Assembly: GCF_018977255.1 (NCBI RefSeq) | Contig: NW_024704742.1 | Coordinates: 2,854,001 to 2,918,000 of the forward strand | Source of the DNA: Callorhinchus milii | Taxonomy: Eukaryota | DNA length: 64,000 bases | Direction: 5' to 3' | Shown: positions 25,581-36,857 of the stretch, piece by piece | Position numbering within the stretch: position 1 is the stretch's first letter | Layout: the number at the start of each line of letters is the position of its first letter | Position numbers and translations under genes: made by a program | Notes under the pieces: model-generated | The model's input: the letters and a program-made list of their open reading frames with translations, nothing else | Databases searched by the model: none | Told to the model about the DNA's origin: nothing

Positions 25581-26769
25581 CTCAAAATAGGGTTGCACTT
25601 TTACAAAAGAAGTAACCTACCAGAATCTTTCTCCGCATGGAAACGCCTGGATATTATTGCACTTGCATTTCTAAAAACGCTCAAACGCTAAAAACCGTTG
25701 TGGTTGGTTGAAAAAAAAATTGCTCGCTTCAGTTCGGCAGCTAATTACTACAAGGTCTGTAGATTAACTGTATCTAAACAAAGCGTTTAGGAAGTCTTCA
25801 AGAAACACACTGGTATGAGGCACTGGTGGAGTTCAGAATGCCACATCTGCTGGAGAAATAATTGCCCTCGACAGAGTTCTCATTTACTGGAGCGTCTAAA
25901 GGCCAAGCAAATCCGGTATTATTAGAGGCTCGCCACAAAGCGAGGCTGCGATGATGTATTTCAATTGCAAAAAAATAGACCTTAATCCCTTTCACTGTAT
26001 TTCTTTCATACCTTGTACGTCAGTTAATTCCTTTCCTCAAAAGTCCCTGCCTTTGTGGGAGCTTTAGCCCCCTCGAAACGGGTTGCTTGACAACTCTAAA
26101 TCGAAGGGCTCGAGGGGAAATTAAATAACACGGACATGGGGAGGTGTGGGGGGAAGGGGAGAGAGGAAAGGAAAGAGGTAACACTTCACTGGAAATGAAG
26201 GTCTAATCCAAGCTGAGGCAGATTTTCTATCATTGACCCCCACCAGGCCACCCTCACACACACACACACACACACCCACCACCCATGACCTCTGACTTGT
26301 AACTTGGCCCTTATTGAGTTTGCCTAATAGCTCGTGTGCCATTTAACACTGCACGTCCTCGCCTCACTGATGCTCTGCCTGTCTGAATGTGCCGGCCTAC
26401 CAAAGAATAGGGATCCTCATCCAAAATCGGGCAATTTGTCATCTGCTCCTGGGGAATCGTTCATATTTCACACACGAGTGCACACAAAATAGTAGTTACA
26501 CGAGGAGAAAAATATACGCCTCAGTTAAGGTTTTGGTACTAAATCGCCTTCATGGGCATTTCAATTCCCACTTGTTCTGAATTAATCTTGCTTGCTGTGC
26601 AGTGTCAGAGGATGATGAAAACATATTCTGACAATAGCTGTTGGACTAAGGATTTTTCGAAAGGTTAATAATGGTGCTCAAACAGCAATAAATGCAAATA
26701 TGTTAAGCTCAATTGCCCTACTTCACAATGTCTGTCTTTATCCACGAGGGCTCCTGGAGGTCAATGAAT

Positions 26770-26920
26770 GACAACAACAGCAGCAGAATTACATTTGTAT
26801 AGCGCCTTTCACGTCAGGAGAACGTCCCAAGACAGTCAGTGTTTCGGACTCGGGCTGGGGGTCGGGATTAGGGAGGGTGGAGGTCAGCGGGGGGGGAGCA
26901 GGGTGATCGAAAGCACAGTT
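26770..26920 (-). mobile_element. L2 tail fragment
   Basis: acatttgtatagcgcctttcacgtcaggag...cgggctgggggtcggg complements 60360-60470. Confidence 0.8.
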
Positions 26921-27444
26921 GATTCAGGCCTTCAGGGGCTCAAACCTATAGCTCAAATCTAATGTGAAAAGCACCTCAAACCCTGAAATTATCCAACTTT
27001 CAGGATGGAGGGCTTTTTTATGTGGCAAATCGATGGAAACACGCTTTTCCATTGCCTCTGCTCCGTCACTGGCTCCTGTCGCCTTCAGCAACTCTTCCAC
27101 AAAGGCCAAAGGGGGTGGAATTTCCACAGCCCCAAATCTTTAGAGGATGAACAGGGTATTTCCAGTTCCGAATTACGACATGGTATTAACTAAAGTAATA
27201 CAAATGCGGCCAATTATTACGAAAGTTCATGTAAGGGTATTGATTTATATTGAAAACAATGTGTATCGCTCAATGGAACATGAGCTGTGACATTATTCAC
27301 AGTGCTTAATGGCCATTTGCATTACTCACTTCACCGTTCACCACAGTGTTCTCTATTATTCTTTATGTCACATTCAATAGAATGGGGTTGAAAAAACAGC
27401 TGCTTGCAATGAGATTTGTTATTATCGTTGTTGATAATAATTAA

Positions 27445-27842
27445 TGAATAATAATCCTCACGTTTGATAGGGTGCTAATCACATCTTGACAACATCTCAA
27501 AGCACTTCGTATTTTGTAGGGAAAACACTGCAGCCAAATTCTACAGATCAGTGTTTCACAAATAAGCCGCAAACTGAATAACCTATTTTATTTGAGACAT
27601 TTTGGGCCAGGGCACCCGGAGAAAATCTTTTCTCTTTTCGAATGGGGTCTTTAGCGAGGCACAGTACCTCGGTTTAACATTTCTTCCACACGACAACAAC
27701 CTCCGACAGTGCAAAGCTCCCCCAGCTATACAAATTCCGAGTTTCGTTGGAGTGTCAGCCAAGACCATGAGCTAAAAGTCCTGGCGTGGGGCTTGAACCC
27801 CAAAACTTCTGACTCAGAGGAAAGAGTGCTACAAATGGAGTC
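27445..27842 (-). mobile_element. Deu-domain SINE family B
   Basis: Head complement ggggcttgaaccccaaaacttctgactcagagg plus Deu block and tail. Confidence 0.8.
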
Positions 27843-27936
27843 AGGCATTCCCTATGTACTGGCAGGAATCTTGACTCCACGAGAGACTATTAGTGTTGGT
27901 AATAAATGACAGCGGTCCTTTGAGAGTGTGTGGTGT

Positions 27937-28462
27937 GTCAGCCTGGCTCAGTGATAGCACTCTTGCCTCTAAGTCAGAAGGTTGTGGGTTCAAGCTCCAC
28001 GTTGGGAGTTGGAATCACATAGTGTAGGCTGACACAATGCAGTGCTGGGGGGAGTGTTGCTTGGTCGGACTTGGCGTCCTTCGGAGGAGACTTCAAACCA
28101 AAGTCCCGTATGCCTGGTCAGGTTAACAGCCTCTTAAAGATCCCATGGTCCTATTCAAAAAGAGAAGGGAGTTTCTCCTGATGTTCTGGCCAACAATCTC
28201 CGAATAAAAAAAAATTGTTCGCTCACTCACTCACTCACTCACTCACTCACTCACTCACTCACTCACTCACTCACTCACTCACTCACTCACTCACTCACTC
28301 ACTCCATGACTCTTTGTGGGACGCTGCTGTGTGCAATTGGATGCCGAGTTTTGCCCACAAAATACAGTCAATCCACTTTACAGTATATCCTGTGAAGCTC
28401 TTTGAGATGTCTGAACAACATGAGAAGGTGGCGTATTATATCAAATGTAAGGATTATTATTG
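27937..28462 (+). mobile_element. Deu-domain SINE family B, full length
   Basis: tRNA-like head (tggctcagtgatagc, ggttcaagctcc), central block aaagatcccatgg...gagtttctcctg..tctggccaa that I recognise from AmnSINE1/SacSINE1-type elements, and the shared 3' block. Confidence 0.88.
28222..28304. repeat. (CTCA)n microsatellite, about 20 units, inside a SINE
   Basis: Perfect tandem array visible directly. Confidence 0.97.
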
Positions 28463-29169
28463 TCCGTTGAGTTGACTGTGATGTCCTGCCAATTACCAGC
28501 AGTATTTCCCCATTGGGTCTGTGAGTCACTAGTGGAGACCACGTTTTTAATTCCAATGCCACTTTTCGTTCAACTCCCACGTTCAATCCATTTTCATGGT
28601 AACCATTATTTTATTACAGTGTTTTGCGTCATAATTATACGCACAGTTTTATTTCTATTGGATTTGTTTATCTGGACAGCCAGGTCTCTGATTCACTCGT
28701 TGTGGTAAACACTGTCCAGATCGACAGGCAAACGGAGGAAGTGTAGCAACGAGAGGCAGCTTTGGGATAGAGACAGATAAAAACAAAATCAATCTAAGCC
28801 AAAGAAGAGAAGATGAAAGTTGCTCAAGGAACGCTCTTACTCCTCTGCCAGGGCTCAGAGTCTCGGGTGAGGATGCAGACTTGTAGTGAGGACTAGTTTA
28901 ACCTAAGCTTCCAGTATCTTGGCCTGTGACCCATAGTCACTGAGTTAGTATCGACCATTTGATTCCCTGGGTTGGACCTTGAATGCAATGTCATATCACA
29001 GGAGGGAGGTAGAAACTGATTCACTTAGGCACCTGATTCGTCACGTATTATTTAAATCAAAACCAAAAGACTTGTGGAGCAACACAACCTTCGATTCGGA
29101 GATTTGAGGTAAATAAGACATGTGGCATTTTCTCTCAAATGTCCCCTTCCTCTCATTTAATAATTCTAT

Positions 29170-30020
29170 AATAATCCATGTGATATAGCACCTGATCACG
29201 TCTTCAAAACGTCTCAAAGTGACTCAAAAGGCATTTACTATAAAATGTAGTGACCGAGCATTTGCGGGCGATTAGCATGCTTTAAATCTCATTTTATATT
29301 CAAAGCTGTTGAGGACTCAATTGTATTATTAATGACAGGTTTACAAATAGACCCAGCCGCTGTGGGAGATATAAATTGAAGTGAGGAGTGGTTCAGTGTA
29401 AGCAAAGGAAAAGATCCTAATTTTAGTGGGCCGCCGTGTTTCGCCCACAAAATACACAGTCGCTCCACTTTATGGTATATTCTGCGAAACGCTTTGAGAC
29501 GTCTCAATGACGTGATAAGGCGCTATATCAAATTCAAGGATTCTGATTATTATTATTATGAATCACCCACAAAGCACACAGTCACTGCACTGTACAGTAA
29601 AACCCGTGAAGCGCTTTGAGACGTCCTCCTGATGTGAAAGGCACTATGTCAAATGCATGAATTATTTCTTTTTTGACATGTTCCTGCCATTTTACATCTG
29701 CACTAATAAGTACATAGGGAAATGGTTGGATGTGATGTTAGTAACCATGGTGAAAGCAAAGCAATACCTATCAATGTGTCAATGTGTACTGCTGAGCTGT
29801 GTTATTTGTGGATAATTGTACACATTCCACTTGATCTAAGTCAAGACAAAGTGTATAAATAAATATTAAATGTAAGCTCCGTATTTGACCCAATGACACA
29901 AACGCGTGTTCGCCTACAAATCCACAATCGCTACACTTTACGGAAAAAAACTCTGTGAGGTGCTTTAAGACATTTTGATGCAACAAGGCCAACATCAAAT
30001 GCCATGATTATTGTTATCAA
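29170..30020. mobile_element. Cluster of four short SINE 3' fragments (about 29170-29270 minus; 29430-29560, 29565-29670 and 29900-30020 plus)
   Basis: Repeated tail motif gtgaagcgctttgagacgtc...tcaaatgc. Confidence 0.75.
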
Positions 30021-30122
30021 TATGATTGTTATTATTATGTTATTTTTGTTGGATGAGGAGCTAAGGAGGGGTGGGGTAAGATGGCCGAAAGCATTATCGT
30101 TAAGGTAAGGTCTTATAATAAG

Positions 30123-30305
30123 ACCTGAGATGGGCTGAGACTGATAGATTTTTAAAAAACAGAGGGATTAGGGGATATGGGGATAGGGCAGGTAATTAGA
30201 GTTAGGTCATAAGATCAGCCGTGATCTTATCGAATGGCGGGGCACAGGCTCGAGGGGCCGAATGGCCTACTCCTACTCCTAATTCTTATGTTCTTATGTT
30301 CTTAT
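30123..30305 (+). mobile_element. CR1 3' end with (TTCTTATG)n tail and apparent target-site duplication
   Basis: ggctcgaggggccgaatggcctactcct tail; tcttataataag at 30111-30122 and 30300-30311. Confidence 0.88.
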
Positions 30306-31038
30306 AATAAGGTCTTAAGGGAAGATGTCGCAGGTGAAAGGGCTCCACAATGACCCCCTGGGAGATGTTCAGTCACAATGAGGAGAGACATTGACTGGGA
30401 CTAAAACATTGTGAATTTCATACAGTGCAGTGAGACTCAGCGCTATTCTTTCAACCCTGTGACCGAGGATTCAATCCATCCCCAAATGATGGAACGAAAG
30501 ACTCCTTTCAATGGCTGCAAAGGGACCAGTTGTGATCGTTTGGGAGGTTGTCAGGTTTCTAATGGCACAAGTCCACAACACAGAAGTAACCTTAATATAT
30601 CACCGATTTGCTGTAAATTGACAATCTCACTCAGCGATTCCATTAGCATGTCTGGCGAAAATAATGGAAGTGTCACATTTGTGCAGTTCAGAGGCTGGAT
30701 AATGGCACTCGTGATGGAAGGTTTCCTTTGCGTCTGAGCTGAGCTTGATGTGGGAGAACCTTGATCCCCACTTTCCACATCAAAGCAACAATGCAGTGTT
30801 CCTTTCCCACGCACCAACATCCCTCATCTTGTTAAGCACCAAGCCGTGTGCAACAGAAAACACAATACACACAGCGTGGGTTAGACCAAGATGTAAGAAA
30901 GTGTAAACAGAAAGAAACCATTCACCATGCGCCCAGCATGGATGGATAGGAAGGAGTGAAGAGGGGTGGTTTAAATAGTCTTTTTCCCATTCTCATGTTC
31001 TTCCATTGTCAGGAGCATGTCCCAAGGAGCTTCATCGT

Positions 31039-31369
31039 GGAGTCCTGTAGCTCAGTGGTTAGAGCATTCGCTTTGCAAGTGAGACACCTGGGTTCAATTC
31101 CAGGCAGAGGGCGAAACCTCGGGCAAGTTTCCTTACTCCACACAGAGCCTAATAATAATCCCTCCAAAAAAACAAAACAATAATAAATTGGTCATTTTCA
31201 ATCTACGACTGTTTGTGGGACATTGCTGTGCGCAATTGGCTGCCGCGTTCGCCCACAAATATACAGTCAATTCACTTTACAGTATATTCTGTGAAGCGCT
31301 TTGGGACGTCCTCCCGACGTGAAAAGCGCTATATCAAATGCAAGGATTATTATTATTATTATTATTATT
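31039..31369 (+). mobile_element. SINE family A, short young subfamily, full length
   Basis: A box TAGCTCAGTGG, B box GGTTCAATTCC, L2-like stem-loop and a perfect (TTA)n tail. Confidence 0.95.
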
Positions 31370-31427
31370 GTTCTGTGTGTAAGGCACTGTGTGAATAAAT
31401 GCAAGTCGTTGAAGCGAGCAAGCCAGT

Positions 31428-31958
31428 CTCGCAGGCGAGAGGACTTGGGTTCGATTCCTGGGCAGGATGAAACCTTAGGCAAGTTTCCTGACTCCACATG
31501 CCTCCGTTTACCTCGCAGTAAGTAGGAATCCGCTTGTTAGTAGATTGGTAGATCGCTTTCCCGGGGTAATAATCCCTCCCAAATTTTTTTTAAAAAAATT
31601 GGTGACTCAATCCACGACTGTTTGTGGGGCCGCTGCTGTGCGCAATTGGCTGCCGCATTTTGCCCACAAAATATAGTCGATTTACTTTACAGTATATTCC
31701 GTGAAGCACTTTGAGATGTCTCAACGACGTGACAATAAAAATAATAATCCTTGTATTTGATATAGCGCCTTATCACGTCTTCGCGACATGCCAAAGTGCT
31801 TCACAGAATATACTGTAAAGTAAATTGACTGTATTTTGTGGGCAAAATACGGCCAATTTCACACATCAGTGACCCACAAACAGTCATGGATTGAGTGACC
31901 AAGTTATTATTTTTATTGCTAAGGCGCTATATAAAATGGAACGGTTATTATTATTATT
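31428..31958 (+). mobile_element. SINE family A, long form, with an antisense SINE fragment (31734-31918) inserted in its tail
   Basis: Host tail splits as cgacgtga | taaggcgctatat around the insert. Confidence 0.85.
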
Positions 31959-31959
31959 A

Positions 31960-32290
31960 AATTGAGATATTACTAGGGCATCTAAGCTAGCGACTAGAGG
32001 ATCTAAAAGAGTAATTTAGGAGGAACTACTTCACACGGAGGGTAGTGAGACTGTGGAACTCGCTGCCCGAAGCAATGGTTTGAATCAGATAGTGTACAGA
32101 TGCATTCAACACCAGGTGGATTGAAAGGAAATGTTGATGGTGCCCAGTGTCAGAGGGATGAGCTTTGAGTAATAAATGAGGGAGAGGGCAATAGAAGGGT
32201 ATCGGAGGGAGTAAGGAATGGGTGAAGACTCGAGTATAAACCGACATGGACAGATTGGACCAAATGGACTATTTATATTGTAAGTCTTTA
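31960..32290 (+). mobile_element. CR1 3' fragment
   Basis: ttcacacggagggtagtgagactgtggaactcgctgccc ... ggaccaaatggact. Confidence 0.8.
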
Positions 32291-32639
32291 TACATTGTTA
32301 GATTGTTCAAATAAATTGTTCCTAAGAATAGCTGCAGGACCAGATGTGGACCACCACACATATGAACTTTCTTAGGTGGACAAAGCAGGCCATATTGCAA
32401 CCCAGCTTCAATGCCATCGCCATGAAAGCATTTATAGACCAGGATGACAATGTAATTTCAAGGTTCACCGTTCTTCCAGGAATAGTGGGAGTTTAGTTGA
32501 TGGGCTTCATGAGAATCTGCACCAACCCTATTCATACATTTTTTGGATTTGAACTTGATCTTCAAGATTCGCATTCTGACCTTCAAGTTGCTTCAAGTTC
32601 CTGCCCCTTTCCCTTTGCAAAGTCCTCGTCGCCTTTCTA

Positions 32640-32925
32640 TACATTCTTCTTTTCTGACTCTGGTTTCTTGATCATGCCTCCCAGTCACTGTACCCCATCG
32701 CACTATCAGTGGTCAAGCCTTCAGCCACTACACTCTAGCTCTCTGGTACTCCCTACCAAAATCACTTTGTCTTTTTCCTTCCTTCTCCTTCTGCACACAA
32801 TTCCCTCCTAAAAGCTTATCTCTTTGACTACACCTTTGGCAAACACTCTGACCTGTCAGCACCTTGGGACGTCCTCCCGATGTGAAAAGCGCTGTACAAA
32901 TGCAATTTGTTGTTGTTGTTGTTGT
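32640..32925 (+). mobile_element. L2 3' fragment with (TTG)n tail
   Basis: caagccttcagcc...; cagcaccttgggacgtcctcccgatgtgaaaagcgctgtac. Confidence 0.8.
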
Positions 32926-34109
32926 TCCTGCAATTTCCCTCCTTGCAAGTTGATTTCCATTGCCTTTCTCAAGAGCTTTATGACAGTATGAAAGATGCTC
33001 TGGTACGTAACTATAAATTATTGTTAAATTACTCTTTGGCCGTGTACAAACAGTGTAAGGCAGAAGCAAACAAAGCAGGCAAGATGCTGGGCTACGCTGT
33101 CAAATCAATTGTGTTCAGGGACCTTGAGATCATGCTTGAACTGAAGTTATAGATTCTGCATTGGCCTTTATGTCTGCTAGCTTTCTATTCTACCCATAAT
33201 ATGTCCAAAGATGTTCCTGCTTTTTTTTATCTATAACTGAACAGTGGGAGATCTCATAAGTTTTCTAACTTTGCAATCCAGTAAAGATAACATGCACTTA
33301 ATGGGATTAACACAGATTTAAACAACCATTACCCAGTGCCTCATGCATACACAAGTAATGAATGTAATGAACCTTCAGGTTCAATAGTACATTATCTGAA
33401 TACAAGCATATCATATAATGTGTTATCACCCTGAAAGATTTCAAAGCACTGCACTCTACACATTGATGTGAATTGACTTACTGTGAAGTCAAATGTTGCA
33501 GCTAATTTGCAGTTAATTTGCTCCAGCAATGGCTTAAGAACAGCAAGGAGTTGATTGACCAAAATTTATCGTACAATTTAGATGAGTGAAGGAATGTACC
33601 CTAAGAGACTGAGCAAATTCATTGTTCAGCTTTGAAGTAAGTGTCCTTGGGATCGTTTAATATCCACCTGAATCACCAGAACAGACAAACAGGACCTTAG
33701 TTTAACATCTCATTTGAAGATAAATGACTCAAACCTGTCAGATACAATTGAACGTGTGACATTCCTTCACTGGAGTCTGTATAAGAAATGTGAGTTGTGC
33801 TTACAAACAGGGACTCATTCTGATAAATATAACTGCCCCACCCTACGGGAACTCTGCTCCAAGGCCATCTACTTCCAGTGCGGGTCAACAGAAACATTAT
33901 TAGGAATGTTTTTGACAAGGCTGAACACGCATTGGAAACACTTCAGGCAACTTAAATATCTAATTGCAATCGTTCTTCGGTTATAGCAAATGCTGGTCTT
34001 TTGTGGAACTGTTTTCATTTGACTGGCGTGGCTTTGTGAGAGATAGACAAGGGTAGGGAGAGGAAGCAATGCCAGGCGTGTAACACGGAATATAACATCT
34101 ATTTGCTGA

Positions 34110-34482
34110 CACAGCATTTATATAACGACCTTCACGCTGAGTAGTGTCCCGGAGATGTTCACAGTGGCAGAGTCTGACACCGAGCCGGGGGGGAGAGGGC
34201 GGGGAGAGGTGAACGAAAGCACGATCAAAAAGGAAGGTCTTCAGGTGGGATTTGAAGGTGAGGAGGGAGGGGGCAAGGCGGAGGGATTGAGGGGAAGAGT
34301 TCAAGAATTTCAGGGCGTAATGGCTGAAGGCACGGCCACCGATGATGGAACTGAGGGCATGAGAGTCAAAGAGGAGGCTGGAGCAGTGGAGTAGGGGGTA
34401 AGCAGGTCGGATAGATAGGCAGAGAGGTACGAAGGCATGAAGTGACTTGAAAACGAGTGGGATGATCTTGAAATCGATCCAT
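34110..34482 (-). mobile_element. L2 LINE 3' fragment
   Basis: Minus-strand translation IDFKIIPLVFKSLH...IGGRAFSH...FKSHLKTFLFDRAF. Confidence 0.88.
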
Positions 34483-35650
34483 AACACGGGAAAATGGCTG
34501 GAATTTTTTTTTTTTTATCCGCTGTTAGCTGTGTCTGCCACGCGCATTGAGTTTCACCGTCGGCTACTTTTTCAGCACTGCACCGTCACCGGTCTTTCGA
34601 AGCTTCTGAAATTCTTCGCAAGCCGCGCAAAGCGAACAGGGAGCTCGGAGAGCCGGTTTGTTTCCAGTCCGCAAAGTCAATGTGACCCCGGGGGCGAGCT
34701 AATGACGCGTACATAAGTCAGCCATTTTGGCTTCCCACGCTGAAAAGTGTCTGAATTCTGTGACACCAGGGTCAACTCCAATGTCGTTTCCCGCTTTGCG
34801 CGTATTGATGAAAGAGGGAACGGTGTTGGTGGCGACTTGAAGATGGGATAGTCAACAACTTTCCTTTAACCCCCCCCCACCACCCCCAACTGGACCCGCT
34901 GTGCCTAAAACCAGTTAATGTGCTTCACTGTAGTACAGGTGGGGATTTGATGGATCTCAAGGCCGATGACTATCTGATCTTGGACCAGATTCACAGAAGA
35001 ATATTTTGTTACTTCGGCACTCATCGATTGTTAGTCAGGATTTGGCGGTAAGTTCCCAATAAATTAAGCAGGTTGAATTTGACAGCCAAACAGGCTGACT
35101 TACAAAGTGATTCCGCCCATTACCCCAATCACTCGATCTGTCTGAAAAGTATGATGGCGGGCAACAGTGACTGACAGAGGCAAGGAGTGGAAAGGGCAAC
35201 AGAAACAGGCAGGCGGAAGGAATTGTCACAATTCAATTTCAAGCCAAGTAATGAAATGATCATTCTATCATTTCTTCTTGACAAAACAATTTCTGGCTGC
35301 GGCAGGATATATCAGGTACGTTGATACATATTAAAATAACTCCAATGGGAAGCACCGTGTTTAGATTATGGACACAGTTTACATTTCTCCCCAGAGACAG
35401 TGTAAGTGAGATAACTGTGCGCACTATTACAGACTCTCAATACAGGGAGTTCAGTCGTTAGTTGTCAATGGTTTGCCCATAAATGTTGGTGATGCGCGCA
35501 TCAAATTTTGTTGTATTTTTCATTGTTATTTCTACTCTTTCACGTGGAGCTTCCACTGCAGTGTTAGCTTCAATGTGGCCAACCGAACCATGGTGCCACA
35601 CAATGGTCATTTAATGATCATTTTTTGATAATGCATTCATACGTGACTCC

Positions 35651-35996
35651 AATAATAGCAGTAATAATAATAATCCTTGCATTTGATACAGCGCCTGATC
35701 ATGTTGCCAAGAAGTCTCAAAGTGCTTCACAAGACATACTGTCGAGTGGATTGACTGTATATTTTGTGGGCGAAACTCGGCAGCCAATTGCTCACAGCAG
35801 CGTCCCACAAGCAGACGTGGATTGAGTGACCAAATGTTTTTTTAAAGGGATTATTATCCCCTGAAAAACAATCTGCCAATCGACTAACGACCAGGTTCCT
35901 AGTTACCTCTAGGGAAACAGGCGTGTGGAGTAAGCAAACGAACCCAGGGCTTCTTGCTTGTGAGGCGAGCGCTCTAACCACTGAGCTACAGGACTC
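35651..35996 (-). mobile_element. SINE family A, long form with a partial head deletion
   Basis: Ends in ctctaaccactgagctacaggactc. Confidence 0.9.
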
Positions 35997-36100
35997 TAAC
36001 ACATTTTTCAGTGTTTGCTTAGCTGACTGAGATGGCGGAAGGTCATTCTCTCCCAGTGACTCATATTCCGACTGTTTTAATTTCTTGTCTTCAACATTTT

Positions 36101-36403
36101 TTGCAAGTGAGAGACCTGGGTTCGATTCCCGGCAGGGCAAAGCCTTAGGCAAGTTTCCTTACTCCACGCGTCTGATAATAATCCCTCCAAAACAAAACAA
36201 TAATAAATTGGTCATTTTCAATCCACGACTGTTTGTGGGGACGCTGTTGTGCGCAATTGGCTGCTGCGTTTCGCCCACAAATATACTGTCAATTCACTTT
36301 ACAGCATATTCTGTGAAACGCTTTGAGACGTCGAGAAGACGTGAAAAGCGCTTTATCAAATGCAAGAAATATTATTATTATTGTTACTGTTATTATTACT
36401 ATT
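36101..36403 (+). mobile_element. SINE family A, short form
   Basis: B box GGTTCGATTCC, short linker, tail. Confidence 0.9.
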
Positions 36404-36857
36404 TTCCTTTGCTTTACTTGAGAGAATTTCCACAACAGCACAAAACTGTGGCTTGACATGATTAACGGACAGTCGTTAAACTCAAACCAGCAAGAGGTCA
36501 TTGTCTGATGCTTATTGATCGGAATGCTGATAGGGCTGGACTTTGTCGCGCTGGAAAGGGAATCAGTTCGTTATAATTGACCCATTCCCCTGTGAGAGCT
36601 GTGAGTCGACATGATCAACCAGTTAACTTTGACTAGTTTATGGTAAACTTAAGTAAACAAGCCGACTGCAATGCCATCTAAAAACGTTCCCAAGTTCCAT
36701 CTTGGCCCTGCTGTGTATGGTTCTCGGGGAGATGGAAGAGAGCCAGCGGCTGCTTTAAGCGAAGCGGAAAAGATTGGTTGAAATATAATGTGAAGCCGAC
36801 TTTTTCCACTGCACTGTCAGCCATCACCCCTCTCACCTCGCTACTGCTCGCCTATCA

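Noticed and set aside
28215..28475. ORF with HSLT repeats; also TH/CV-repeat ORFs at 60661-61189 and poly-I/poly-Y ORFs
   Set aside because: Translations of microsatellites and SINE (TTA)n tails.
32856..32876. REST/RE1-like motif tcagcaccttgggac in an L2 tail
   Set aside because: Half-site spacing and right half deviate from the RE1 consensus; explained by the L2 tail sequence.
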